A stretch of 64,000 nt of DNA from Spirogloea muscicola. Its lineage: Eukaryota. The DNA is taken from contig WELB01000006.1 of the NCBI GenBank assembly GCA_009602725.1, positions 916,632 to 980,631 of the forward strand, in the 5' to 3' direction. The stretch's first letter is position 1, and the number at the start of each line of letters is the position of its first letter. The position numbers were made by a program, and so were the translations under genes. This document shows, in pieces, positions 37,467-51,696 of the stretch. Below the pieces are notes generated by a model. The model saw only the letters and a list, made by a program, of their open reading frames with translations, was not told the DNA's origin and did not search any database.

Positions 37467-39623
37467 ATGCCTGCCGTCGCCGCGCGCATGGCGCTGCTGG
37501 CCGCCCACCAGCTCGCCGGGAGCGTGGACGCCGCCGCCGGCGCGCTGCTCCTCCTCGCCGTCACCTCCACCGTCACCGGCGGCGCCGTGCTCCTCACGCT
37601 CGCCACCGCCCTGCTGCTCATCTACCACCGCCAGTCCACGACGCCCTCCTCGACGCCGCCGCAGGTGCGGGGCCGCGCTCGACGCCGTCCTGCCGGACCC
37701 GCGCGTCCGCTGCTCGCTGCCTCGCGGCCTCGGCGGCTCCGCCGCTGGCGACTGGCACGTCCTGACTCGGCAGCCGGGATCGTCTCTGCTGGCAGATTCT
37801 CAAGGCGGCCGTGGCGGGTAGACCTCTCGCCGCCACCCTCCTGCCGGCGGCTCCCCCCGCGGCCGCGCCGCCGGTGGCCGTACCTCCGCTCGAGGAGGCG
37901 GGCAGCGATGACACCGAGGCGGCCATCGCCGTCACCTCGTCAAGTCCCGCTGTGGCTCCAAGTCCCCAGCCAGAGCAGCCGGAGGCGGAGGCCGCTGCTT
38001 TCGCTGCCGCGGACCCGCTCCTGGAGCTCAAGGCGAGGGGACTGCTGCGGCTGCGGCGCTACGGCGACGTCCTCGCGCTCCTGGCCGCCTACCGACTCGC
38101 TGGCCCTGGCTATGCAGTCGCAGTAGCGACGGCGGAGCCCGCGCCGGATGCCGCTGGCGCCGTCGCCGGCCCCGCACCAGCGTGGCCGCACGTCGTGCTG
38201 GGGCAGGCCTTCTTCCACCTCGGCCGCCTGCCCGAGGCGCTGCGGCACCTCCGGCACGGAAAGCGCGTCTTCAGCAGCCTCGCCAAGTACGCCTCCCCCT
38301 TGCTACCTCTCTCTCGCCTCCCTCCTTTGAGCACATGCGTCGGACCCACCTGAGGGCTGAGGAGTGGTGGGTCTGACAGTCGCCGCGGCCCTGGCCCGCC
38401 TGTCAATCTGCTGCAGGGGTCTGAGCGAAAGCTCCGGTGATGACGGCTTTGAGACCTTCGCATCTGCGGAAGCCGCCGATATCCACGGCGCCTGGACGGA
38501 TCGGGACTTGGGCTGCCAGCTGCTGGCGACGACCAAGGTGCTGGTCCGCCGCATCGCCGCCGGCGACGTGGCGAGGGCCGCTGGGTTCCCTGCCGAGGCG
38601 GCGCGGCACTACTCCAAAGTCCTGGATGGGCGCAAGGGCGCATCACAGGCCGTAGTCGTGGACCTCTACATGCGCCGCGCGGCCTGCTACCGTGCGCTTG
38701 GCCGACCGGCGGCCGCCATTGCCGACTGCAGCCGTGCTGCGGCGCTCGACGCTGCGCACGGGGGCGCGCTGTGCGCGCGTGCGGCGCTGTGGGAGTCGCT
38801 GGGCGCCTATGGTGAGGCGTCGCGGAGCCTCGAGGCGGTTGCAGCACTCTGCCGGCAGCGGTGCGGCGGCGTGGAGGGCGGCATGGCACGCAGCCGCTCA
38901 TCGCCAGTGGCTGCGAGCATGTGCAAGTACAATGTGGCGCTCCCAGACGGCGCTATCTCGGATGATGACGATGCTTCTGTCGCGAGGTCGTCTCTACTGC
39001 ATCACCAGAGCCTGCCACCACAGCTGCACAAAGAAGAAAGCCAGTGGGCGGTGACGGCGGCTGTGGCAGCGGCCATGGCCGCCGAGGATGTGGCAGCGTG
39101 GGAGCCGGAGGTGCCGGCGGCCGGCGAGGTCTCGCGCAACGTCTGGGCAGCGGCGCTGAGCCGCGTGGTGGCCAAGCTGGCGTGGCTTGACCGCCGGCGG
39201 CTGCACTCGGCGACGCCCGCCGTCGACCCGCGCGCCCTTCTGGGCCTGGCCCCCGGCTGCTCAGCAGCCGATGCCGAGCACGCCTTCCGCATCACCGCTC
39301 TGCACGTGCACCCCGAGCGTGCCGCCATCATGCCGCTTTCCCACGGCGCCGCCGCCGCCTTTGAGGAGCGCGAGCTGCGGGCACGGGGACGTGCTGAGGC
39401 GGTGCGCCTGTTCCGCATCCTCACGACAGCCGCCAAGGGCCTGCTCAACGCGCTTGAGGAGCAGGAGGAGGCGGAGCTTGACGCTGCTGAGGCAGCTGCC
39501 GCTGCCACTGCCGCTGCCGGGGCTGCACTCGGCTGCGCCAGTGTCAAGATCTCCCACAAAGCGATGGCGCCAGCAGCAACACTTCGCAGGCACGACAGCC
39601 ATTGCCGGCGGGAACGCCACTGA
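37467..39623 (+). CDS. TPR-repeat protein with a C-terminal J-like domain (At2g47440-like)
   Basis: Exons 37467-37664, 37796-38286, 38417-39623 join in phase; LLELKARGLLRLRRY, WPHVVLGQAFFHLG, AARHYSKVLDGRKG, RAACYRALGRPAAAIADCSRA, VDPRALLGLAPGCS...LHVHPER. Confidence 0.85.
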
Positions 39624-41352
39624 CTGACGTGCCATCGCATGACAGCCGGCAGTGAAGACCGTCACCAGCCGAGGTGATGCAGCCGCCTGCAGTGCAGCCG
39701 CTCTCCAGGCGGCCCAAGCCCGAGCACTTTTGCGCACAGCCAGGTCGCGGCTGCGCAAGCCATCTGGTCCCGCTGGTCCGCCTGGAACTGGCTGCACCTG
39801 CATGCAACGATGCCCCATCGCCGACCACTTCTGATGTCAAACACATGGCCACCGCTGGTACACAGGATTCTTTGGCTGCTTGGCATGGATGCACTCAGCA
39901 TATTCGCTTGACAGATTTGCACGCTGCTCGTTGCAGGATATATTGTCGTTAGCTTACCAGGCAAGGCCTACTGTAATTCCTCAACCTCTACAGTGCTGAG
40001 CCCCACAAAGGGGTGCAGGCCCTGTTTTTTCTGCCCTAACCCTTATTTGCCTGTCGGCCTAGCCATAGTGCTGGGACGCTGCAGTGCTTAGACAGAAAGT
40101 CTACGGCCGCCGCCGCCTCCAGTCAGCCGCCAGCCACATAGGGACTGGCGGCTGCTGCCGGCGGCGGTGCAGCCAATGATTTTACCCCTTACGGCCTCCA
40201 GATGGCCACAGCGCAGTCACTGCGCAGGTTATAAATTGTGACTGCTGGGGCTTTGCCCGATGAAGCAGAATAGCCCCGCTTCCAAGACCAGGATATCCAC
40301 ATGTAGTGCGCTTGGAAGTTGCTGTCGAAGAGATACGAATAAAGTGTTCGGTGAGAAGGACAGACCCATAGAGAGCTCCTTCTAAAGGTGCTTGAAGAAA
40401 GACAAGGAAGCACTCAATTTGTTTGTCAGAGCAACTTGGTCTGCAACTTGGTCTTGAATTGGGCCTGAGACGAGCCATGTGCATCACTGACCGGCCCTCC
40501 TCCCTTACCGCGTACGTTTTCCAGCTCAGTTAGATTCAATTTTGGCTGGTGCAATCCATCCATCATTCCCTTTGGACTGAGTTCTCTCCGTTCTAGGTGC
40601 CGGCATCCTCCATAGAGAGCCGTGCAGCCTGCCATGAGCTAGGAGGAAAGTCTGCTAGAACAAACCAGGCGTAATGCAGGTCAGCAGGAATATAATTGCA
40701 AGTCCTTGGAAACCATTTCAATATGTCCTATTCAAAGTCGAGAAACTAAGGTCCAGCACACTTTGTTGTATAAGCATACCCCCATCTGAGTAGTCAAACG
40801 TTACATGTAAGGCACGCCCAGGTATTGCATGCACCTCTACTGAGCAGTCATGAACAGCCTTGGCGGAGTGTCAGCAGCAATTTACCGCAGAAGAGCTGCT
40901 GAGAACCTGCAGCTTTGCACGTCGGCAGTGCTCATTGAGAATGCAAGATGGATGCAGCAGGCGAGCAAACCCGAGATATCGGCAGCTGCTCAAAGTGCTT
41001 CAGTGAAACCAGTTGCACATGCTGTGAAGGCTTCAAGATACCTCAATCAAGCTTCTTAAGAACGAGTACTGGCGCAGGTGGATGGCTAATGCGTTGCCCA
41101 GGTGTGGAATTTCAAGCAGATAAGCAAGAGGGAGCTTCCAGGGCGAAAGCAGTGACTGCTTGGTGCAGGGCATACTGCGACGATGATAATATCTACATTA
41201 CATGGCAATGCCATGCTCCCCAACTACTTGACCAATAGGAGCCCCATCATGCAGCATTACTTGGCAGCCGAGCACAGGAGCAGTCCTTGTGTATAAGTTT
41301 ATCCTATGGTATAAGATGGCCGTGGGATGGTGGCCAGTGTGGCTCAAAGTGG

Positions 41353-43176
41353 TCAGGGGCTCAGCACAATGAGCTGGCAGGAAGCAGTGCGGAAAGGCCA
41401 GTCAGCAGCGGCAGCCAGCTTCAATGGCGAGCAGTGCAATTCTTCATGAACGGCTCTCCCAGACATGGGAGTGGCTCTGGACCCCTGGCCGCCTAGCTGC
41501 AGTGGTCGGAACGAAGACCACTCTGTACCATTGTCGCCAGAGTCCGATGCAAACCACGGCGTGAGTGGACGCCGCGTAGTACTCTGGAGAGAGTGCGAGA
41601 CTCGCATCATGGGGGCAGCGATGGGATGGGAGCACGGCAACAAGGGCGACAGTGGCGGTGAGTCGAGGTCCACTCTCTTGGGCCGGCCATGCGCAGATGC
41701 TGGCTGCTGCCGCAGCCGGGCCACTCTAAGCGCGTCAAGGCACTGCAGAAGCGGAGGTGAGCACGGAGTTGCAGCAGCAGCTGACGTCCTGCCGGCCGGC
41801 ACAGGGGGCGGCGACAATGGAGGGGGCGGAGGGGGGTTCCAGGTGCATGCCCCTGCCGAGGGTGGCTGTAGCAAGCGGAGAGACAACGACAATGGCGACG
41901 CCTGCGAGCTCGCCTCCACAGGAGCGGCAGGATGGCACCACGGCTGCGCGCCACAAGCCGCCACCAGCAATGTGCCATCGGTTCCTGGCGCTGCGAGCGG
42001 CGCAGCCTGTGTCCGGCGCCGTCGTTGCCGAACGCCAGCGCCCAGAGGCTTTCGGGCTCCGCTTGGGACCTGTGCCGGCGGCGTCTGCGCCCCAGCACTG
42101 CCGCCCATCGTGTCACGCTCTCCTTGCGTCTCTGGCTCTAGCTCCGTGGCCACCCTTGTCGGCCGCGGCGCTCGCACCCGGGGCCTCAGAAGCTGAGCCG
42201 GAGGATTGGCCATGCCAACCACCGTGCATGACTCCCCCACCTGGGTCTGCACTCCACCGTCGCTCACGTGGTCCTTCCTGCCGCTGCTGTTGCTGTCACC
42301 ATCATCCTCCTCGCTGTCGCCGCCGTCGTCGTCATCATCCTCCACATTGCTCGCGGTACCGCAGCCGCTGTAGCACGGGAGGTCGTCGACGGGCGCCACG
42401 CAAACCGCCACATGCGGCGGCGGCGGCTTGCCTGCGGCACCTGCGTACTTGGTCGACAGGAACTGGACCTGCAGCGGCATGCTGCAGTCGCCGGCAGACG
42501 CGCGGCAATCAGTCTCCGGCAGCGCAGCCAGGCACTGCGACTGCGGTGGCAGGCCCAGCGCGGCTGGGCTGCGCTGGCGGCGGCGGGGCGAGACCTGCGC
42601 CACTTGGGCAGCACGAGCATGGCGAAGGCGAGCGCGAGCTTGCCGCGCGCGCCGCGGCGGAGCAGCGCCGCGCCCAGCGCCGCCGCGGCTCCCCGCACCG
42701 CCAGGGACCGCGTTGGGTGCTGCCACGCCCACTCGAACTGCGCAGCCGCACCGGCCATTGCCGCAGGGTCAGGCATCGCCATCGCCGGCGACAGGCCGTG
42801 GCGGCGGCGGCGGCGGCGGCAGGAGGGGGAACGCACCTGCAGCGCGTCGACCTTGGAGGGGAAGCCGTGGACGACGGCGGCCATGTCCCAGGGGCGGCCG
42901 CGCCGCGTGCCCCACGCGCCGGCNNNNNNNNNNNNNNNNNNNNNNNNNNNNNNNNNNNNNNNNNNNNNNNNNNNNNNNNNNNNNNNNNNNNNNNNNNNNN
43001 NNNNNNNNNNNNNNNNNNNNNNNNNNNNNNNNNNNNNNNNNNNNNNNNNNNNNNNNNNNNNNNNNNNNNNNNNNNNNNNNNNNNNNNNNNNNNNNNNNNN
43101 NNNNNNNNNNNNNNNNNGCCGCGCCGCCGCAGCCGCCGCCGGGAGGCGCGGCGGCTGGCGCGGGGCCAGCAGCCAT
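41353..43176 (-). CDS. SLX1: Structure-specific endonuclease subunit SLX1 (GIY-YIG); N-terminal motif lies in the N gap
   Basis: GAWGTRRGRPWDMAAVVHGFPSKVDALQ|FEWAWQHP, then MLVLPKWRS|MPLQVQFLSTKY and a low-complexity C-terminal tail; probable ATG at 43176. Confidence 0.85.
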
Positions 43177-44317
43177 GGCCGGCGCCGGGGAGGGGTCCTC
43201 TGTGGCGGGCGGGGAACAAAGTGGCCCCCCAACGGGCCGGGAGCTGGCGCGGGGCGCCACGTGGCTTCCCCCATCGGGCCAGCGTCAGCTCTCCCGGGTC
43301 AGCGTCATCTGCCCCCGGGCCAGCGTCACCAGTAGGTTGTGAAACGTTACAGTAGGATGCGGTGACGGCTCTGCCGCCGACCCGTCAGAGCAGCGCCAAC
43401 TGCTCGCTCGGGTGCTCCGCTTGCGCCTCTCGGCCTCGCTCCCAGGCTTCTGCAGTGCACTTTGAGGGCAGGCCGCGCTTTTGGCTGCTGCTTCTGGGTC
43501 CAGCCGTGGTGGCACTTTTCCGGTTGCTCGCTGCTCTGACCTGCGGCTGCTGACTAGTAGGGATCATTGAGAGCCCGCTTTCACGTAGCTGCGCGGCTAA
43601 GGACTCTCCTGCGGACCTCGTCCCTTCTTCTGTGGGGACAGCTTTCATTGCTACTGCATGCGTCAGTAAGCCAAAATAAGGGCCATAGCTGAAGACACCC
43701 AGCGGTGTGCTTCGGAGCTCGACTGCATAGGTGGACAAGACGCATGGGAGCTCGATAGAGCAAGAAGCGACTGCTGATTATCAAAGAAAAATGGGGTCCT
43801 GTGCCATATAACGACGGTCAACTTCTGGCCATGGATTTTTGCCAGACACATAAAGAGCAATTATAACAATAGCGGGCCAGATGCAACCAGGCGTACGAGA
43901 ACCGGGTAAGGGATCAGATGAATATCATAAGCAAGGGGATAGGGCACGTGGACAGCCGTGGCACTTGGGCATGCTCAGGGGCACCAGTCCCATCAGCTCG
44001 ACTTCCATGGGAGCTTCATGGAGGGAGGGCTCCAGCAGAGCACACGAGCCAAGGGTTGCAGCTGCCGTGCATGGACGTCATCGCACACCATCACTCAGGA
44101 GCTGCACGACTTCACTGTCGCTGCTCGCTGGTGCCTCCTTGGGCTCTCCCCCACTCTCATCATTGAGCACGTGGTCCTGCGACGTGGCCCCCATTGACGG
44201 GTGCAAGAGAGGCGACAAGCAACGAGCACACAATCAGTAGCTTCGTGGTTAGAATCGCTCCAGCTGGTGTGGCCAATTGCGACAGGCTAGAGTCACCCGC
44301 AGCCATGCAATGAAAGC

Positions 44318-47300
44318 TCATACGGATCCTGGTCGTGCCAGTTTGCAAGGAGGCCGCACCAGCCTCTCCGGGGGGAAGAAGTACGAGGCTCCAGCAGCCG
44401 CTGCAGGAACGATCGAGAAGACAATGACGGCTAGAGCCTGGTGGCAGCAAGCAAGCGCACAGTCACATCAGTACCAGGGCAGGCGAGAGCCCCCGCCAGA
44501 CAGTGCTTGCCTGGCTCTGATCATTAGCCAGGGTGAAGGAAAGTAGACAGGTGCTCAGGGTTCACGTTTTGCTAGGGATCATGGTCTGCTTCAAGATAAA
44601 ACCTTCAGGGTGGTGGAGCAATAAGTGGAGGCAAATGACAAATGGATGGGAAAACTTCAAGCTCTGAAGGCAATCTCAGAGCTGCAGGTTGGGCCTGACG
44701 AGGCGGCAGTCGTTAACGAGGCCGACAGCAACAAACGGGCAGAGGAACCCGCCAATGCGGCCACCGGAGCTTGCGAGCCCGACACCCGTTGCCCGCACGG
44801 GTGTCGGGAACAGCTCTGGTGAGTACACCCAGATGACAGAAGAGGAGCCCATGATGAAGGCCCGCGCAACGAAGAGCACCATCACTGCCAGCCCCTCAGG
44901 TAGACCGGGAATCGCCAGCGGCAGGATGACAACGGCAAATGCGCCCAGCAGAGCCACTGCCAAAGGCGAGCAAGCTTGTCCTTGAACATGCTTGAGCAGC
45001 TCCAGGAGAAGTTACTTGGTAATTTTACAAATCCTCCAGGTAAAAACCCATTAGCCATGCCATCTTCTGAAGTAATTACTTTGGATGTCATTTGACGTAC
45101 AACTACCTCAACATGCTCATTCAATATGTTTACAATCACGGCATTCCACTCTAGAAGCTCAACTGATGCAAGCAATGTTTCAAGGAAGCAGAGAGATTAC
45201 TCAGTGTCGCCTTGCGGCCAAATCGGTCCACTGTGGAGAGAGCCAAGACCAGGCCGGGCACCTCAGCACAGGACGCTATGAGCACGTCCCGGTAGCTCTT
45301 CCACCCAATCCTCGGGCGCTTGTCGGCCGTGCACTCCGCGTCTGCACCCTCCCCCTGGCCTCCTCCCTCCAAGCTCCGCTCTGCAGAGCGCCTCGTCGTG
45401 TTTGGCTCTGCATCCACTAACGATCGCCTCCTTCCCCCGGCACGTCGGCAGGGGCCCATGGCAGGATTGCCCACATGGTCTTGCCACTGCACCAGGCCCG
45501 ACATGTCCGCACCGCCGAGGTGGAGACCGTCAAGAAGCCCTCTCCCTTGAAGAGCGGTGGCGCACTGTGTGGGCGAGCCGGCACCCTTGGTGGAGACAAT
45601 TTGCGTGGTCAAGAGGACGAGGCCGTAGTATGTGAAGCCATTGGCGAAGAAGACAAAGAAAAGGAGAACCGTAGGCCGCAGGAGGGGGGGTGTGAAAAGC
45701 CGACGCAGCGTACGCCCGACTGACTGATTGGTGGGGGAGGAGGAAGACATCGTCGCCTGCTTTGGGCTGCAGGGTTTCCAGACTGGCTTCGCAGCGGCTG
45801 CCTTTGTGAGGGTGTCGGCAATGCCGTCGCCTGCATCCCTGGCCAGTTCAGAGGACACCCGCTGCCTCCTCTTTGTCTCCTCCTGCAGGTAGCAGCCCTC
45901 CAACTCCGGCGCAGGGCTCCTGGCGCATGATGCTGCAGATGCAGCGCAGCCAGCGCTTGTCATCAGTCAGCCATAGCCAGTGCAATCTTGCAGGAGTCAT
46001 GCTCTTTCTCATTTCTTGCTCCTTCATGAAGCTCATCGGCGTGGATGTCACCTTGCAATCAGGTCTTCACACCCAGGCAGACTGCATGCATCCACAAGTC
46101 CTACTCAAGCCGCAAAGAGAACGGCAGGAAGTCACTGAACATTACAAGCTGTGGAGACCAACGTCCCCGCTGGTAGAGGCCTCCCGTTCACCTGAGCCAT
46201 CCAGCGGAGCACCTGCATGGCCTTTTCCTTGTCGTTGCGAACCTGCACCATCAAAATGGAGCAGGCATTTGTCAGTCACTTTCTGGTCCAGCTTGAAGGA
46301 GCATGTGACTGCAGGCAGGGCGGGAAAGGTGGAGAGGTGGAGCACACAAGGGTGGGGCATAGCCTGGGAAAGGTGGACACGAACCAGCAGGTAACGGGGG
46401 GACTCTGGAAGCCATGGGTAGAGGGCCAGCAAAATGAGGAAGGGCAGTGAGGACACCAGGACGAGCACTCTGCCAATAAGTCAAGCACAAAGTGGTATGT
46501 AGCAGGTGAGATAGCTGCTCGCACTAATTTGGACAAAGCCCTTATGAAAGATGGTACAGTAGCAGCAGGGTTTCCTTTCGTGATGCTACTCTCAGAGGCC
46601 TGCGCAAGACTTTGCACACCTACATGCCACTAGTCAAGAAACTTGCAATTTGCTGCTACCAAAGGAATGGCTCAGTAGCATGTTGACCTCCAGTGTAGAT
46701 GTGGCATGATGATCCACGCTAACAGAGCCTCAATGACCGAGCCAACCTACGCCAGGAACTTGCAGGATGTTTGAGCACTATTGCTTCATGTTGACCTTGG
46801 GTCAGTCTGACATAGATCACAATATACTGGCAGCATCCTAATCATCGCATATAACCAGGACAAACCCGAAGGGGGACTAGGAACCTCTGAAACTGCCCGT
46901 AGCACAAGGCCATACCGTCCAGAAGAACTCAATGAATACAAGCCAGAAACCTCGGCTAGCAGGAGGGAGGAACTCTGAGCACAGATTGAACACACACTGC
47001 ATGGCCAAGCAATGACAGCCATGACACATAAGAGCTGAAGGAGGCTATGTAAAGCCCCAAGCAGGCTCATAGTTGATGACAGAATGTGAACAACGTGACT
47101 ACAAGCATCACAAAGATTCGACAAGAGCAGGAGTTACTGAAGGCAGAGTTGCCATCTACGACAGACGTTGTACTAAGAATGACGATCAAGTAGGACGATG
47201 AGGAAAGAAGAGCCAGCAGGCCTGCTCACAGGGGCGCCACCTAGGCCGAAGCCGACGCACATGCGGCAGAGGAGGAGGATCCAGAACGATGGAGACCACG

Positions 47301-48695
47301 CACTGACATTGCATGCCAAGCGCGAATACTTGATGTACTTTGTCGGTTCTGGGATTAGTTGACTATGAAGTGAAGTTGCCATTAGCTGCTGCCAGCTAAT
47401 CTGCCCGGTTACAATTAGACTTGCTGGTCTGCCACTGGCCTCTCCAAGGCAAGATACATCTGAATGGTTATTGAGCCACGACTTAGTGCAGAACAAGTGG
47501 TTGAGGAGCATGGTATTGAGCATTCCATATACGGCACCTGACGAGGCCAAAGGCAAAGGTGAAGGCAGCGGTGGCAAAGAAGCCAACTCGCCGGCCCTTG
47601 AGGTCTGCAAGAAGGCCCCAGCAGTAGCTTCCCCTGGCAGTTTCACAACATGGTTGCTGTTCATGAGGGCTTGCTTGATTAAGGATAGGCTTCAGGATTA
47701 CAAGCATACTCCTGCGCATGCCCACACATGCTCCCCAGGTGCAAGTAGAGTGTCCTTAATGGACCTCCCACTGCCATTGGTTCTGAGGAGGCCCAAGGGC
47801 ACTGTGGAGCATACAGGAAAATGCCGAGGAAAACGAGGCTGGTAAGAAGAACCTCCTGGCTTGAAGACAGTCCCCACTCGCATCTCGCCTGCACGCGCAT
47901 TGTTCCCTCTGGTGGTCAGTGAGAAGTCTAGGCCAGCTCTGAGCTCGACTGACATCAAGTGCCCCACACCAAGGAGCATGGCCGATTGTGGTCATAAAGT
48001 TGAGGGCTGCCAAGGGAGCCCTGTCAGAAGGGGCAGCCTGTTGGAGCGTACCGCAGGGCCGATGAAGGACAGGAGGATGACCTCGAGGGCGTCTGCGAGC
48101 CAAGCAACGCCGGTGTAGCCCACCAGGCAGGCCTGGAATAGGCCAAAGCCTGTAACAAGCAACAATTGGGGCAATCCTAGCTTACGGTGATCTATCTACC
48201 GGCTCAATTAAGAATAGGGCCAGGAGAGGTAGGCTGTCAGGCCCTCCGGTACTGCCATTTGCAGGGCCAGCTTGTAGCCCGGCAGAACTACTGCTCAGGC
48301 TGAGAGTCTGGCTCTCGGTCTCTACGATTTCCTAAGCTCAGGACTGGAGCTCCAAATGCGGCATCGCTCCTTCCTCAAGGTGCTGGATGGCCGGGTGCCG
48401 GCCGTGACCCACCTTGGCCAGCAATGGCCTCGTCGACCGTGAACGTCGGCAGCGGCGCGTCCAGACCAGCGCGGCCGCCTTCGCTCTCGCCAGCGGCGCC
48501 CTGAGCCCACGCCACAGGCGCTGCAGCAGCTTGAGGGACGCCCGACGGTCCTTGCTGTGTCTGTCCGCCGATCAGTAATGGCGTCCTATCTCGCGGTGAA
48601 GCTCGGAGCGGGCTGGCGCCGGCAGGTCGCACCGGTGAGGCCGGCGCCGACGGCTGCGGTACGCCCTCGCCCGCTCGCCCCATCTCGATGCTCAT
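44318..48695 (-). CDS. MFS transporter, SVOP / organic cation-carnitine transporter 7-like
   Basis: [102 protein letters not shown]; about 13 exons; 3' end approximate. Confidence 0.9.
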
Positions 48696-50248
48696 GAGCG
48701 CAGCATCGGTGGAGACGACAGGAGCAGCCGCCAGCGACTACTGCAGTCGATGCAGCCGAGCCATGGCCACCGGCCGGAGATCTCAGCCGGCTGAGCCTGC
48801 GACGCTGGACATCGCCGTCCTGACGACCGCGCCTGAGGAGGCGCTTGCTGTGAATGATCTGGGCCTGGCCTGTTGGTGCACGTTACATGCTCGTGCATAT
48901 AACGGGCTAGGTGCTTGATGGGGAGGCCTTTACGGACTATTTAGCAGGATGAGATGGGGACATTATGGGGATCCATTGATGGGGACATTATCTTCTAAGT
49001 GAAGCTGACTAGTCGGGCAATAACAGTTGTCTGCACGTACTTTGGGGAGCGAGGCAAGCGATGGACTGGCCCGGCATCACGGTGGTCGTGTCTCACATGC
49101 AAAGCTACAATGGTTACTTGCAGATGGCTTTAGCTATTGCCAAGGAAAATTGAAAATGACATGTTATTGTTAAATTGTTATCAACAAGTTATGACAAGGC
49201 CCAAATCTTGACAAGTCTGTGCCCTGATGATTTCGAACATCACAAGGTGTCAGTGTGTGCAGGTGTGGATGTGTTTGATGGAAGGCCAGCAAAGGTCAAG
49301 GAAAGGGATGATAAGGATGAACACAATCATCACCTTACACCAACTTCTTACCACAACTTCGACATAACCATGACCATCTTAAGTTGATATAAAGCCACAA
49401 GCACCTAGGGGTGTCGCGGCTACCCTCGCCATGTACTGTTGGTCTCCTTTTGTGAATGGAGGTGCGGGCCCTTGCACAGAAATTACTTCTGGCACCTGTG
49501 TTAGCTAATCATGCAACATTAGGCTAGCCTGATACAAGCGTGACTCTATTATCATGGTACTAGGGCCTTGCCTAGGATCTATGGGGCTGGCCCAACGCAC
49601 TCTGTTTGCCTTGGAATGCACTCCTTTGCCTGGGTGAGCAGGTCACCTGACAAGCATAGTATGTCATATTGAAGAAGTACAATGATAAACAAATGCTAAG
49701 AAAAATCAAATACCATGATAGCTCATGTCGTGCAGCGGAGTACTACCGTTCACCCTCAGCTAGCGGAATGATATGGTACACTTCAAAGACACCAGACATC
49801 AAAGACCACTGCATAAGCTAGTCCACTAGATACAAAGCTCGTGACATCTATGCAGTAAAAAGGCAACAAGTGAATAAGGAGAGTAGGTTAATATGGAAAA
49901 AGCAGGTACATAGTCTGACATGGTTATTCCATGGTTTGAAAGGGCAGAAAGGTCTGCCTGACAGAGGGGCAATCTATGTTGCAAAAGAATATACACAGAA
50001 TATATTGCAGACAATGTTGTATAGAGTCCTACAAGGAAGACATCAATAGCAAACTTCTGATCTGCCAGTGGCAGCCGAGCTTGCAAACGCCAACGCAGAC
50101 GCGGACTGAGAAAGTGCCTGGACAACAATACTATTGCAGATCTCATTGCAATAGTGAAAGTGCTGCTGGACGCTCCACAAAGGGTCTGGCCATTGTATGG
50201 CCTCACTCACGCCAGCATGTGCCTTTTGAATCTAGGAGTGCTTGCTCC

Positions 50249-51541
50249 TCATTTTTCACCGAGCTCGGCCAAATAGACCTGGCGACGGGGTCGTCGAGTC
50301 CTCCTTTGCAATGGCCGCATGCCCCGCAGCTTCACAGATGCCTCCTTGCCCCAGAGAAAAGGGTTCACAGTGAGACTATCGTCAGCCAGGCTGCCCAGCT
50401 CATCAACCTCCACATCATCCATCCTGCCGGTGGAATCAATATCCCCTCTCTCCGCCAATTTCAGCGACTCATTGTCCCGCTCCTGCCGTTCCTGTCGTTG
50501 CAGGAAACTCCGTGCGGACTCTTTGGGCAGGAGCTCAAATTTGCTTGCATAGTCATGATCAAAGCTGTCCATGTCGGAGATGCGACCGAATCTTGCAAGC
50601 AGCCCCCGTCGAGGGCCTCCCCGCTTCACGCCCCCGTCCTCCACGGCCTCCTGGCCCTCCTCTTCCGAGGCCTCTGCCTCCTTGGCCAAGCCGGCAGCTA
50701 CTTGCGCGCCTTGGAATCTCAAGGCCGCTAACGTGCTCAGAGCCACGCCCCCCGCATCATGATTCACGATACTGATAAGCTCCGTCGCACCGGCCCCAAC
50801 AATTGGCCACGTGAACGCAAGAAACTGACAACCAGCAAATGACGACAACGCATCGTCAGGGCGACGAGAAGTAGCACGACTTGAACAAAGAGATGGTGGG
50901 ATTTTGGGGCCTGAGGAGCGCTAACAAGACAGAGGAGTGGCGCTTCATACATGGCAGGGGTAGTCACTAACGCTATTGCAATGTGCAAAGCCAGCCACCC
51001 TGGCTGCATGTGCAGCATAACTGGCAGAACCAAGAGATCCGCTCCTAGCAAGACCAAGAAGCGGTGCTTCACCTGCAGCGCCAGCAGCAGGGTGGCCGGT
51101 ACAAAGCCGCCCATGCGCCTCATCGCGGCAAGCTGAGCGAAAGAACTCCAAATCTGCGCCGGTAGTGCAGAGGCAGCGAACCCCGCGGGCAGGAGCCGCC
51201 AGAGCCAAGGCCGGCAGTGGCGGCACGCCTAGAGCATCGCCGCCGGCTCTGGCCCTGGCTCCGACGTCGGAGATGGCGCGCCGGCTCAGCAAGGGCTCTC
51301 TGAAGGAAGGGGCGGCGCCCGTCGGACGCGGCGGCGGCGGCGGCGGCGGCGGCGACGGCGGCGGCGACAGTCGGGCAAAGCTCAGCAAGGCCCTCGAGTA
51401 ACCGGTGGGTGGACCGTCTCTCTCCCTCCCTCCTCCTCCCCTCCCCCCGCGATGCTGGGCGCCTGCCCGCGCGCCTCCCTTTTGCGCGGCTGCCAGCCTG
51501 TCCCCAGGCCGCCATGGCCGCGGGCAGCGGGGCCCCGCCAT
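50249..51541 (-). CDS. Hypothetical protein, probably 2 exons
   Basis: GC-rich exon from ATG 51541 to a GCAG|GTGAAG donor near 51073; second long frame ~50800-50249 with charged composition; no family recognised. Confidence 0.45.
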
Positions 51542-51696
51542 AGCCAGGCGGGCGGCGGCGAGCGCCCCCCCGACGCCTGCCAGCCTCCGGCCGACGGCTG
51601 CCCGTCGGCTTCCCGACGGCCCTGACGCGGCCGGACGTCGGGCGGGCGTGGCAGGCGGGGGTCGTGCAGGAAGGGGCCGGGCGCGGAGGATGATCA

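Noticed and set aside
36740..43355. Long overlapping Arg/Pro/Ala-rich ORFs (for example 36870-38126, 41757-43355, 42268-43335)
   Set aside because: Shadow frames of GC-rich exons and promoters, some inflated by N gaps.
44232..44400. Frameshift in the last exon of the MFS gene (FFPPERL instead of a PxETxG-like motif)
   Set aside because: Cannot separate divergence from sequencing error or another splice; the rest of the gene is intact.
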